This document shows positions 30,605 to 46,285 of a stretch of DNA of 64,000 nucleotides, piece after piece. How positions within the stretch are numbered: the stretch's first letter is position 1; every line of letters starts with the position of its first letter. A program made the position numbers and the translations under genes. The notes below the pieces were generated by a model. It saw only the letters and a program-made list of their open reading frames with translations. It was not told the DNA's origin and did no database searches. The DNA comes from Daphnia carinata (lineage: Eukaryota): the NCBI RefSeq assembly GCF_022539665.2, contig NC_081332.1, forward strand, positions 682,001 through 746,000, given 5' to 3'.

Positions 30605-33600
30605 CGGAAAGGAAGGGAGCCCAGATATGCACTTCAATTTTTTAAATATAAAATACCGTCTCGGGAATCCAAATTAAGTACAGAAATGTCATGTCATCCA
30701 TTCAATCATTACAATTTATTCAGTGTCTTGCCCCAACCAAGAATCTTTTCAGATCCAATGTTACTTTTAACCTATGCTGAGAAAAGAAAAACAACACCAT
30801 TAAGCATCTCAATTGTTGCTCATGTGACTTACATGACTTATAGATTCAACTTCTGGCAGAAGCTTGGGAAAGGCCATACAAATTGCAGATGAAAATCATT
30901 GTATAAGGCTCTTGAATGATAAAATAGCACCCCTAGAAAGTTGCATTGTTGATAGTTGTGTTCCCAGTATATGAAAATCCTTTCCAATTGGATAAATTTT
31001 ATTTTTAGATTAGACCTGCTTGGCAAAAAGGAAGAGAAATTCTTTGTCATAAATTCAAAATTATTTGAAGAAAATTCCTTTCACACCTAAAGAGTCCATG
31101 TATGATGTTCATCTCTGCAACGGCAGCAAAATCTTAGGGCCATTTAAGTACCCAGTTTCACCAACACTGTGAACGTAAAGGACAAGTTGTTCTTTAGCCA
31201 GAGAAGCAGAATAATTGAGGCTTCTAGCTGTGACAGAACTATAAAGGATTGCTGTTGTATCAGATTCATTAACACAAGATGGTACTTCTCATTAGACAAT
31301 TTGCATCACTCTATTACTCTACCTCACACCTTAACGGTAATGCACTCTCAGTGTTTTTTCAACTACAGGCTGACTCTTCCATCCTGTAACACTTCCAGAC
31401 TTGACTTGATCCCCCCCTAAAATTCTGTGAATGCAAAATAATAGCATTAAAAATACTTTTTCGATAGACAAAGAACCGGGAAGTACCTAATCCATGTTTT
31501 AGGTTGAACTTGTGCCATTTCTCGGTTTCCGTACCATACCCATTTTTGGCTCAAATATGGTCCCACAATTATTCAGTTCCATCGCTGCATGGACTGATTA
31601 CGAACAATTCTTTTAGTGCAGCACTAACAGAATTTAAATTTAACACACTGTGTGATGGTGGACTGAATAACTAAACAATAAATCATTGTGTGTTAAAATT
31701 CTATGCTTATTTTGCATTCTTATTTGAAAAGTTTAGGTACCTGACTGTTTACGCCTAATGCCAACTCATCCTCACGTTCAGTTAGGGATAAGTTTGGAAA
31801 AACCTCCTTCACTGTTTGGAAAGTGTCCCGTTCTAACTTGTTTTTTTTTCCCCAGTAACTGAGCTTGTAGACTCAAAGTTTGAACTAAAAAACAAAAATG
31901 AATAAAACAACACAAATACAATCATTATGTGTTACCATCCTTAGTTTTGTTGTCACCTAATATTTTCTGCTGTTGCAATAATTGAGCCTGCAGGTTCATA
32001 ATTAGAGCCAAAAAACAATAATTAATAATTGAAAACTAATGTAATAATCTTTGTACTTACCATCCTTATCTTTTATTATCTTATCCATTTTAACATATTT
32101 TTCTCCAGCCACGCGTTTTTCTCCACCCACGCTACTCGACTAACTGACAATGGGATCCAATGGACTCAAATTGACATGCCAGTAATAACGATTCTGACCG
32201 GTAGCTGGCTACGGATCGTAAAAAAAAAAATCACAATTTTTTTTTTTTTTTTTTTGTTTAAAACGGATTGCCATAAGTACTGTCTTATCCATAATTTTAG
32301 AAGACATCCTTTATGTCACATCAATTAAAATACTAATCTTTCTAATAGATTCATCCAATTGTGAGCAAGAGTCAGTTTTGGGATTAACAGCCCTCAACAG
32401 ATACAACAACGAACCATATTGAAGTTGTAGCACAAAGTTCGTACAGCCGTGGTTATTCCCGAACACCTATGCAATAGGAACTGCTTGACAGGCAAAAGGT
32501 ACGCTAAAATCCCATAAATTTTGGTGTAATATATATATTTTGCCATCCAGGCTTTGTGGCAACTGCCATGTAGCTTCTTATTGCATGATAGCACAAGTAT
32601 ACTCCATCATCATGATGTTGCAAATGGTAATGCATTTCTACAGAGTTAGCTTGGCTTTCTAATTAAAGTCAAACATTTGTCATATTAGGCAGAACATTCC
32701 TTAAAGACTACAGTGATATGGCGAGCAGGACTTCGGAAAATGTAGCTGGCCTTAAAGCGTCACCTCTGGGTCATGGCCAACCTTGGCACCGAAATTCATC
32801 AAGGCAAGTCAATCCTACTCAAGTGCTAGATATTTTACTGATGAGATGATTCTGTTTGTGTATATAGGATATGGTTTGGACCCTACCTACATGAAAGCAT
32901 ATCATCCTACACTTTTTCCAAGAGTTCTTGATGACGTCTAAGCTGCCTATCCTTATCCCCATGACGATTGTTAAAACAAGGTTTAATTAAGGTAAATTGA
33001 AGACCTTCTTTTACATTAATTTTATAACTGTTTTGAATGATGCAGGCTGGCGATTGGGAAGACATTTAATACACAATGGAAAGTCACGGCATGGAATGTT
33101 AATTGCCTGTCGCCTTTTTATCCAAACTGATGGTTTGTGGTAAAATCTTTGACATCACCAGAAACGGACTGTTGCCAAAGTTTTTGAGCCAGCACGTGTC
33201 CGCACGTCACGCCTCCCAAAAGTCGGACTTAGTTATTGATTCAGTCATTAATAAACCGTTTGGTGCACTGGGATCGAGCCCTAAAAACGGCCATCTGTCG
33301 CCATCTAGGGAAAGTCTAGTTCTGATTAATAAACAAGCCAGATTTCCTTTTTTTTTCAGAAACCTAGATTGCTAGAAAAACAAATGATTTTGGATTTGAA
33401 TTCAAGGCTGATGGCAGAAAACCAGTTTGTTTTCAATTGGAAATAATAGCGGTTCACGGAAAGTATATTTTTTGTCATTTCGAAAATCGAATTAAGAATC
33501 CAAGACTGTTTGACAGGATTAGCTTAGTATCGCACAAACTTTCGTGGCGTTCATTTGAATAATTTCACTGGTTTTTGTTGCATTCGTAGTATTCAAAGGA

Positions 33601-35191
33601 TTCACATTCAATTTTATAGTGCGTTTTTATTTTCAGGAACATTATAGAAATCCAGCAATCTAGGGTAGGATAAATGTTTCAGTTCTCTTCTACCAGATGT
33701 CAGCATGTTGAGGCAGTCTCATACTGTTTTGCTGTTGCATCATACATGTGTGTTTGCAAATGTTTGGTAACATCTTCGTTTATTTTGTTTAAGGAATACA
33801 GTTGCGTTTCGGCGTGGAGTTCAAGAATCGCTAGGAAATTCGTTAGGGAATTGGTTGCATGGAATTCTGGTAGGATATTGCAATTTTCTTGCAGAATGAT
33901 TAGAATAACAAAAATAAGTTGGAAACAGTGACCGAAAGATGAAAGTGTTATGTTTATTCATTAATTTAAACAGCTGCAAAGAGACAAAAAACCAATAGTG
34001 TTGATTGCTCATTTGCCTAGTTGCAGATGCTAACATGCTTCTTTTTGAAAAAGAGAAAATAAGGCATGTTAGAAGAAATATTGATGGATTACTCTGGAAG
34101 GAAGGACCCTTCTGTTTTAGTTTGCTGGCTATCAACATCTTTGTCTCCCACAGGTATCTGCCTTTCTTTCTCTACAAGATTCTGTACAATTTTTTTTATC
34201 GTTTTTCTTCATTTGTTGCAAACGTTGGGAACATATTACTCTAAAAGCAAAACCAGTTTGTGATGTGATGGCATTAGCTTTCACAGAAGACGTGGATCTT
34301 GGAACCTTTCCAGATCTTACATCAGCCATGAAAGTGGTGAAAGTATTGATGAATGGATATATTGAGTTTTACAATAATATCAATAACAGTGCAAACTGAG
34401 TTAGCAAAGTAATTATTATTGATTCCCCCGATACCCCGCTCGATAAACAATATTGTAAAAATACATACTAACCTCTGCAATTGATTTCCCTCAGGAAAAG
34501 CATCATGAAATCCGAGAGCAGTGGGCTGTGCCAGAAAACAAACGAAGCCGTGCCGTAGAGAAAAGGTAGAAAAAAAAACTATTTTTATTTAAAAATCAGT
34601 TTACTAAGATTGTTTCGATTGTGAAGTGCTTGTGTCGATGTTTGATGTTCGCTGTTTCTCCTTGTTAAAAAATGGCGAATTTTTTCCGCTAGCTTGCCCT
34701 GTTTTTACAATAAAAAAAAAATCTGAAAATGTATTGTTTGTTTTGTGTAGCTGTGGTGATCGCGATTTTTTCTTTTGACGTTACATGCATCACCGCCGTC
34801 AAAAGCGAGTGGCAGGTAGAAGAAACGAATAATGGCTGTCGGCACTGTAAAAAAAAAAAACACCCTAGAGAAAAATTGAGGAATTTGCTTTACCACTAAT
34901 GTACAATATCTGGTAGCATAGAAAAACCCTCGTCTGAGAAAAAAAAACTATATATTGGTATTGGGAAAGCCAAGTGGCCTGGGTCCTGGCTTCGATGTTC
35001 CAAGCCAGCCAAGCCTTTGCCTGAACATTGGTACAGGCAAAGAAAGTTAAGCGTTGATGTTTTTGGCCTGGGTCTAAGTTTCGATGATCTGAGCCAGTGA
35101 ATGGTCAGGCAACGAAAAGTATCTTGCTTTTTTTTTTCCAAGTCCAACAGGTATTCCTAAATTCAGTATTAAAAATAGTAATATTTCAAAA

Positions 35192-35261
35192 TGTGCAATA
35201 GCTCAACGGTAGAGCATTGGCTTCAGAAGCCGTAGGCCTAGTGTTCAATACTCAGACACAT
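35192..35261 (+). other. Degenerate tRNA-like cloverleaf
   Basis: TAGCTCAACGGTAGAGCA A box, TGGC-TTCAGAA-GCCG arm, GTTCAATAC T-loop. Confidence 0.55.
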
Positions 35262-35421
35262 ATTTTTCTTCACAAGAAACGCTTATTTGTCGAAATATTG
35301 AAAAATGGCAAAAAAAAAACGAAAAATTCTTTCCTTTCGACGATCTGTAGCATCCCAGAATTTTTGGAACGACCACACCATCGTCCCAGAATTTTTCTGG
35401 GACGGCAACGCAAAGCAATAT

Positions 35422-35492
35422 TAACCACACTGGGATTCGATCCACAGACCTTTCGCACTGTAGGATAGCATGCTACCAATATGCCATAACTA
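35422..35492 (-). other. Degenerate tRNA-like element
   Basis: ATGGCATATTGGTAGCATGC ... GTGGATCGAATCCCAG, similar to 41245-41313. Confidence 0.5.
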
Positions 35493-35749
35493 TCCTTACA
35501 TATGTAGTTTGAGATTTTCATAGCTATGTAGTTATTTGATAAATTTAAAAAAAGAACAAAAATTTAAAAAAAGGACAGTATAATACAAACATTCCCAATA
35601 ATCGTTTCCTTAAAAAAATGAATTTGTTCTGTATTCCGTTATACGGGTTAGTAAAATAAACACGTAAACAAATTTTCCAAGATGTTCTTGGATACGAATT
35701 TTGATTTTGGATTACTCCAAAATACGCCAACCAAGTGAACGACATTGAG

Positions 35750-38380
<2,631 letters not shown>

Positions 38381-38618
38381 CATTAAACAAAACCATGTTA
38401 AAGTAATCACACTACGAATAGGAGAAAACAAATACCTTTTGACCCTGGAGAGAAAAACATATATCAGAAAGAAACAAATTAGATTATATAGAGACCAGAA
38501 CAAAGATGGATGCTACTAGAATGTACTAACCCGAATAATTTTTTTGGCCACCATATCACCAATGCTCTTGTATCATATGATGCACATATTATATTTCGAC
38601 AGGAATTTCGATTTAATA

Positions 38619-38975
38619 GCCCTGCAGGTAAATACCGCAATGCAGTCCCACCTTTTCCAGTTGTCCCTTTCCTAAAAAAAAGACATTCAGCCACCTATGG
38701 TGCGTTTTCTAAAGTTCAATTCGATGGATTGTCCGTTTTTTTTTAACACGAAATCCAGGACAGGCCTGTGTTTTGTTCCTTTTTATCATCATGTACTTAC
38801 ATAAGTAATCGATCAAATGTCATTTCTGGCTGTCACATAATCTAGGAATAAAAAAAACAATAAATCCATCGAATTAAACTTTAGAAAACGCCCCATAGGT
38901 GGCTGAATGTCTTTTTTTTAGCAATGTGACAACCGGAAAACGTGGGACTGCATTGCGGTATTTACCTGCAGGGCC
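38619..38975. repeat. Palindromic MITE-like structure (~112-bp inverted arms); part of the arm is repeated at 47979-48059
   Basis: GCCCTGCAGGTAAATACCGCAATGCAGTCCCAC...CACCTATGG...TTCGATGGATT is the reverse complement of 38864-38974. Confidence 0.85.
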
Positions 38976-40701
38976 ATGCCCTTATATCATATCATGCACA
39001 TATCTATGGCAATCCGTTTTACACAAAAAAAAAAAATTATTTCGCCAAAAAAAAAAAAAAATTACACTTTTTTCTTTTTTTCGACACGTAGCCATCTACC
39101 GCTCAGACTCGTTATTACTGGCGTAGGCAATTTCAGTCTATTGGATTCCATTCGCAGTTAGTTCAGTAGCGTGGATGGAGAATAACGCGTGGCTGGAGGA
39201 ACAATTGAAAAATGAATAAGATAATAAAACAAAAAAATGGTAAGTATAAACATTATTATATTGGTTTTCAATTATTAATTATTGTTTATTAGATCAAATT
39301 ATGAAGCTGCAGGCCCAGTTATTGGAACAACACAAAATATTAGATAACAACAAAGCTAAGGATGGTAGGCCTAATACGTAATGATTCTATTTATTTGCTT
39401 TTATTCATTCATGTTTTGTAGCTCAAATTTTGAGTCTACAGGCTCAGCTAGGGGAAAAGAACAAGTTAGAACGAGACACTTTCCAAACAGTGAAGGAGGT
39501 TTTTCCAAACTCATCCCTAACTGAACATGAGGATTAATTGGCATTAGGCGAACACAGTCAGGTACCTAAACTTTTCAAATAAGAATTCAAAATAAGTATA
39601 GAATTTTAACAAACAATTATTCATTATTTAGTTATTCAGTCTACCACCTGACAGTGTGTTAAAGTTAAATTCTGTTAGTGCTGCACTTAAAGAATTGTTA
39701 GTAATAAGCCCATGCAGTGAAGGAACTGAACAATTGTGGGACCGTATTTGGGCCGAAAATGGGTGTGGTACAGAAACCCAGAAATGGCACAAGTTCAACA
39801 TGAAATGTGGATTAGGTACTTTTTGGTTTTTTGTCCATCGAAAAAGTATTTTTAATGCTATTATTTTGCATTCACAGAATTTTAGCAGGGGAACAAGTCA
39901 AGTCTGGAAGTGTTACAGGATGGAAGAGTCAGCCTACAGTTGAAAAAAACACAGAGTGCATTACCATTAAGGTGTGAGGTAAAGTAATAGGGTATGCACA
40001 TTGTCTAATGAGAAGTACCATCTTGTGTGAATGAATCCTGTATAACAGCAATTCTTTATAGTTCTGTCACAGCTAGAAGCCTCAAATAATTCTGCTTCCC
40101 TTGCTAAAGAACAACTTGTCCTTTACGCTCAGTGTTGGTGAAGCTGGGTACTTAAATGGCCCTAAAGATGTTTCACTTCACTGGCATTGCAGCGATGAAC
40201 ATCATACATGGACTCTTTAGGTATGAAAGGAATTTTCTTGAAATTTTTTGAATTTATGATTAAGCTTTCCTCCTCCTTTTTGCCAACCAGGTGTAATCTA
40301 CAAAAAAAAATTTATCCAATAGGAAAGGATTCAGCATACTGGGAACACAACTATCAACAATGCAACATTCTAGGGGTTTTATTTTATCATTCAAGAGCCT
40401 TATACAATGATTTTCATCTGCAATTTGTATGGCCTTTCCCAAGCTTCTGCCAGAAGTTGAATCCATAAGTCATGTAAGTCACATGAGCAACAATTGAGAT
40501 GCCTAATGGTGTTGTTTTTCTTTTCTCAGCATAGGTTAATATTAACATTCGATCTGAAAAGATTCTTGGTTGGGGCAAGACACTGAATAAATTGTAATGA
40601 TTGAATGGATGACATGACATTTCTATACTTAATTTGGATTCCCGAGACGGTATTTTATATTTAAAAAATTGAAGTGCATATCTGGGCTCCCTTCCTTTCC
40701 G

Positions 40702-41027
40702 TAGCCCCGTTTCCCCTTGACTCGTAATAAGCCCGTAGGGGGTCATGCCCCTACTGTACGGTATATATAAAAACAACATATACCGAGGTTTGGAGGGCTC
40801 TGGCCGGAAAGGGGACGTGGATGTCCGCTTAGTCCGATGATGTGTTCACGGAGGGCTTTGTGGCTACCCACAAATCCGAACTAAAGGTTAATCGCTCCTG
40901 TAAAAATGTTCCAAATCTTCAGCTCTTCTTCCGGCTTCTCTTAGCCAATCACCGGGTAATCTCCCCGGTGGGTCAACAAGGCAGTGTCTCCCCCTGCCTG
41001 GGTTGACGGCAACTTTTGAAAGGGCTA
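40702..41027 (-). ncRNA. Candidate structured RNA, module A (copy in element 2)
   Basis: Reverse complement of 30279-30604 with few substitutions. Confidence 0.4.
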
Positions 41028-41244
41028 TTGTGCGTTTTTAAAGTTGCAAAAATAATTGTGATGTGCAGAGACTTGTCAATAAAATTTTTTTTATAAAAAT
41101 ATTTTTTGCAAAATTTGTATCTTTATTGTCTGTGTTTGTGTTCACACTTTACAGTTATAAACATTTATTTTATTTCCCTTGCTCAATTCACCTTTTTTTT
41201 TTATGCCACCTTTTATGATAAGCATTCTTTCCATTGGTTTATCG

Positions 41245-41313
41245 TTTATCTGGGATTTGAACCACTAACCTATACCTTTCCAGCATAGCGCGCTACCGTT
41301 GCGCCATGACTGT
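41245..41313 (-). other. Degenerate tRNA-like cloverleaf
   Basis: TGGCGCAACGGTAGCGCG A box, CTATGC-TGGAAAG-GTATAG arm, GTGGTTCAAATCC B box. Confidence 0.6.
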
Positions 41314-41403
41314 TCATATAAATATAAGTTATGATCTTGATGCCTATGTTAAAATAAGTTCGTCATTAGGCTATTATGGAATGCCTATCATGATGATAAC
41401 AAA

Positions 41404-41472
41404 TTATAGATGGCATAATGGCAAAGCTACTGAATTGCATGCAAGATTACTTAGGTTCGATCCCCATATCAG
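41404..41472 (+). other. Weak tRNA-like element (A box plus B box)
   Basis: TGGCATAATGG ... AGGTTCGATCCC at tRNA-like spacing; stems are poor. Confidence 0.4.
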
Positions 41473-41612
41473 TCAATTGAAAATCTAAATAAATAAATGC
41501 AAAAAATAAATGATGTTACAAAGTATTTTATTTTCCCTCCTTCCACCCACAAATCCACCACTATACATATTCCACATAATACAACATACAATACATACAT
41601 ATATACACTTAA

Positions 41613-41931
41613 AACTAACCCGTTGGCTGCCACGCCATCTTAACTACGGTCGCTACGTCGCTATCATAGGGATAGCGACCAAGGGGGCCGGGTAGGCCGG
41701 GCTGATACGATGATGAGACCTTTACGGGAATGCACACCCCAGGTCTCATCTATCGCATCGATCAAGGGAAAGTCCCTATGGTGCATTGCCTTTGGGGCCA
41801 TTCGCCCAATCTTGGGCAGTGGCGCTGCTCCACTTCATAGCAGATAGCCATGGAGCAGAACAGCGCGGCCCGTCCCTGTCAAGCTACAAAAAAAAGGGGA
41901 TAAAAGGTGGGTGGCAGCCAACGGGTTAGTT
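41613..41931 (+). ncRNA. Candidate structured RNA, module B (~319 nt), alternatively a MITE
   Basis: A perfect 21-bp terminal inverted repeat encloses at least four internal hairpins and two loop-strand complementarities. Confidence 0.5.
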
Positions 41932-41964
41932 AAGAATAAACATTGCAAAACACACACAATACCA

Positions 41965-42165
41965 AAACGACGAGGCGAAGACGCGGCTACCACGAAGCAA
42001 AGACGGGATGGCGGGCGAGGCGAAGGCGAAGGCGGGTGACCACGAGGCGAAGAAGGGATGACCGGCAAGTCGTAGACGGGACGACGGGCGAGGCGAAGAC
42101 GGGACGACGGGCGTGGCGAAGACGGGACGACGGGCAAGGCGAAGACGTGAAGACGGGCGCGGAGA
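41965..42165. repeat. GC-rich degenerate minisatellite (GAAGACGGGACGACGGGCGAGGC-like)
   Basis: Repeated GGCGAAGACG(G) units. Confidence 0.8.
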
Positions 42166-44170
42166 AGAGGAAAAAGGCTTTGTTCTGTAACGTAAATGTA
42201 AAGAAAAAGAATTACTTAGTTGGAAATATAAGATTGCTGATGTAGCCAAATGTATGAAAGCAATTTGACTTACTTCTGTTGTCCAATGGCTAGAAATACT
42301 GTAGGGCCAGCACATAGGCAGCAGACAGCAAAGAGATGGCAGTCCTATGGTTGAATATTCAATTTATAAAACAAACAAACTATACTAGGTATGAGAAAAA
42401 TTTACGAATACCAATAGAAATTGTATTGAGGTACATGTCTATGTCTGTTGGTAGGCTAAGTAGAGATTACAATTGTTGAAATGGCTGTGGTTACAGTTGG
42501 CGCTGCAGCATAAGACGAATTTGGTGCACCAGTTAGATTACAATCGACAGGCAACCATGAGCGGGTAAAGATTAGAAGAATAATATTATGGTATTCGTAC
42601 CCATAGGATTTGCATCTTTGGTGACATTCCTCAACGGGAAGTATCCTTTACAAATGAAGTTTCATGAGCTTAACCTTAAAAGAAAAATCCGCTAGTGAGA
42701 TTCCGATAACAATACATTAGTCTTATACCTCTCAATGAGCACCAGAATAGTTTGATGAATGCAACATAATGGGTTGTGAATAGTTGTTTGTTTTGACAGC
42801 TGACATAGGTGATTACAAGACATGTAACATAAAAACCAAGCATTTTGTGGGCTTCACTTGCAAAACACACTCTAGGACGAAAACACACAGAACCACCATT
42901 AGATTTGCTTGAATTTTCCCTTGGAATGTGACATACTTCACAAAAACTTTCGAACACAGGTTTCACTACCCCCACAGTCACCAACTAAACAGTAGCACAG
43001 CAGCGTCATCTTGTTTTCCAATTAAGAACCGAAATTTTCATAAAAATTGAAAATCTTGTTTTTTCGAGACGGGAACTGCACTGATGTGAACTCTTTTAAC
43101 AAACTTCTTGAGCGTGAATCGAGCGTGAATGGCAAATATGGCCCCCCCCCCCATATTTGTACCATTTCAATTTTATTTAAACAAATGTAGCGACCAAAAC
43201 CATGAACAGCATTTTTAAAGTATAGCGATTTAACGTGTTTTTGAGCCCGGATTAGTCACTGTTTTTTATTTATTTATCCAAAAACCTAGATATTTCTAGG
43301 AAAATACATAATTTGGGTTCAGAATTCAAAAAGAAGCTTGGTTGCACTTCACATGTAGAAATTTTGCAACTTCACACATGTCTGGATTTCAAGCTAGTAA
43401 ACATTAAGTCTGTCTGACAATACAATTTTCTTTCTTGAACAGCTGCACGCTATTTCGGCCATATTTCACGGAAAAAATTCTCCACTGAGACAAGGGCATC
43501 GATTGTGCGTTATCGTGCCTATTTCAATTAACCAATCACCAGACAAGGAAAAAAATTCTTCGAAGCAACTACAAAGCTACATGGCTGCCAATATATACTG
43601 CTCCTATTTGTGATAACAATGTATGAAAGGTAGTATCAGCAAATAGTTTTATTGTTGTTTTATTTCTAACCTAACCTTATAATGTAAACCTCCCTTTTTC
43701 TTTTGTTCGTGATGAAGATGGAATTTTCTGTCCTACTTGTTTCTGTCATAGACTGTGTGATCCACCGTTACAAAACTCTACATCAGCAACAATCGTTTCT
43801 CACTGCTCAGAACCTGCAAATGTCGTGAATGAAAAAATTTTAGTTAAAAATAATTTAAAAAATAGTTGTAACACCAAGCATTATTAAACGACTTGCCTAA
43901 CTAAGGAAACCGCTGGAACCACAATGTTTGTCTCCACAATCCTGAAATGATTGAAATGACAAGCTTTGCTTTATTTCATTAATTCTAATTTTAAAAAAAG
44001 GAAAAAGCCTAACTGCATGGTTGAGCAGTTTGGCTTGATGCCTTTTTTAAAAAGCAAGAAGGTAGCAATAACCATTATCTCAATGTGCCTGTCGTGCTGA
44101 CTTTTAAGGACACGAGTTACCGTGAAACCAAAGAAAAATAAAATAGGTAATTCATTGATGGGTCTTGCTG

Positions 44171-44815
44171 TTAGATGTTTCTAGTACGTCGAGGTGGTGG
44201 TGGTGGCGATGACGTATCCTCCTTAACAAGCTCAGGTTCGCTAGTTGTTTTCTTGCCACCACGTGTCCGTTTCGTGGCCGGCACGGCCGGAGGTTCATCC
44301 GCCATTGTTGCGGCAGATACTGCCGGGCCCTTCTTTTGTCGTGAACGTTTGGCGGCCGGTGCTTTCTCTTCCTTTTCTTTTGCAGTGGCGGCCACAGTCT
44401 CAATGGTCGGGGTCGCGTTCCAGCTGGACAGAGACTTTCTTCTCAGCCGGTGAAGCCGTCTTCCGCGTCGAACGGGTGATCTGACTGGCGAATGCGCCGT
44501 TTCGGCCACGTCAAAATGAACTTTGAGTGCGCCCTTTGCGCAAGTAGATCGTCCATTTTTGACGGATGTGACTCGCGATCCATCGTTCGCCTCCGGCTCA
44601 TCTGGCACGTGATTGGCATGGATGTCGACAGCGTGTCCGTTCCCTTCGTGTAACATTTCTACATCATCCAATCCAGCAACGTGTTTATTGGCTTTCGTTT
44701 CACCACGACGCCTTTTGCCATCAGGCGCTTCCTTCTCCGGAACGGAGACACGTTTGACAGCACCTCGACGTGTTGTTTTCTTCGTCACCTCGCCATCGGC
44801 TTTTATTGTTCATCT
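44171..44815 (-). pseudogene. Captured terminal exon encoding a basic low-complexity region of an unidentified nuclear protein
   Basis: 205-codon open frame rich in K/R/S/P/T, preceded by a splice acceptor and by in-frame stops just upstream; lies inside element 2. Confidence 0.45.
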
Positions 44816-44959
44816 ATAATAAGACAGTAAAACACCATTAGGCATAAAAACTCTTAATTCATATATTATATTTCATACCTTACATGATTCGTGAGTTGAT
44901 TGCTAGCATATTCTTCTGACAGAAGCTTCGGAAGAGACATTTACGATTTTCGTTTACGC

Positions 44960-46285
44960 TCACCATGGATGCTGGTAGACTAGACATTTAAAGTTAAGAC
45001 ACTTTGCCCAATTCCACCAGTTTTGATTCTTACTTGTAAGTTGTTATTGCACGAGAATGCAGCGACGAAGTCCGCCGTCTTTTTGCTGTCGACAAAAACG
45101 ATAGTCTTGGCTTCACAGAGATCTTGTAAAACTTCGATCAGCTTAGCTCTCTTATCTCTTTTCGTGCACTGAAAAAAAACACCTGTTCAACATCCGAATT
45201 GGTGCAACCAACAATGCCTGTTGTGAAGAATATGTAGTCTTCCATGTACGTCGCAGCCAGCGCTTGTACTTCATCTAGGAATGTAGCCGAAAACATACAA
45301 ACACGACGGATTCCCTACAGAGAAACAAATAGTATTACATCAGTATAATCTCATACTCAAAAGCCATCGAGGACATACTTTCGGATGCATCGTTGGATGA
45401 TTAACAATCTTTTCAACATTGGGACCGAAACCCATATCAAGCATTCGATCAGCATCAACCAAAACTTAAAACCTGACTCCCGAGAAGTCAAATACTTCAA
45501 GGTCGAAAACTCCTTGAATCGCCCCGCGGTCGCGGCAAAAATATTGCACCCAGCTTGAAGATTTGACCGCTGATGGCTCGTGAGAGTTCCTCCATATATA
45601 ATCACAGACTTTAAAACCGAACTGTAGGAGAATTTACACGCCTCGCGGTCAATTTGAATGCCCAATTCACGAGTGGGTGCGACAATTACAACTTCTGGCT
45701 TTTGCCCCATGGCATGAGGCGCACCAGCAACACCTTGTTCTAACAATATGTTCATAACCGGTACCAAGTACGCCGCCTGCATAAAAAAACGTAAAATTTT
45801 AGATGACTTAATCAACGAAGGGTTTATTGAGTATCTTAGATGCAATTGGACCTTTTAGTAGTCGCAATCACAGGCGTGCCCACTCAAAATTACTTTTACT
45901 TCAACTTACCCAGTTCATACCGACCCATTCGAATAAAGTCAGTACGAGGGCATCAAGGTTTCAAAATTACACAACGTTAATTAATTGGATTACCGTTTTG
46001 CCGGAGCCCGTGACAGCACAAGCAATTAAATCTCTTTTGGCAAGAATAACTGCAACTGAAGCTTTCTGAATAGGTGTTGGTTTTATGTAGCCAGAATTCT
46101 TAATGTTTTGACGTAGTAGTTGGCGCAGGCCGGCTTCTTCGAATGATGTTATGTATTGAGGTACATCTTTTCCTGTAACCTGAAGCAAACCCAATAGATA
46201 TTTTTAAATCATAAAATACAGTTTCGAGAAATGGCTTACCTGGAGGACGACTTTATCAAAATTGTTAAAGCGTACCCAAAGACGA
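44960..46285 (-). pseudogene. vas: Second vasa-like fragment (Q motif through STSIHG), cargo of element 2
   Basis: VTGKDVPQYITSFEEAGLR, GYIKPTPIQK, CAVTGSGKT, APTRELGIQI; LDEAD is mutated to LVDAD; introns colinear with 36395-37690; both ends truncated. Confidence 0.88.

Larger units (their letters stand above)
27379..32275. mobile_element. Fold-back DNA element 1: ~2.1-kb inverted arms (27379-29514 and 30175-32275) around a 660-bp spacer
   Basis: The arms are reverse complements (same 120-aa ORF at 28797-29159 minus and 30527-30892 plus). Ends are TATG(A/G)CAATCCGTTTTA ... TAAAACGGATTGCCATA. No TSD and no transposase seen. Confidence 0.9.

Noticed and set aside
32280..34700. Exon-like fragments between element 1 and the vasa pseudogene
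   Set aside because: Short, stop-interrupted frames with no family I can identify.
41613..41931. Module B as RNase MRP, telomerase RNA, or a twister/hammerhead ribozyme
   Set aside because: GGGAAAGTCCC resembles MRP CR-I but no CR-V or GARAR loop is seen. CTAACCC is buried in the closing stem, and the ribozyme core nucleotides are not correctly arranged.
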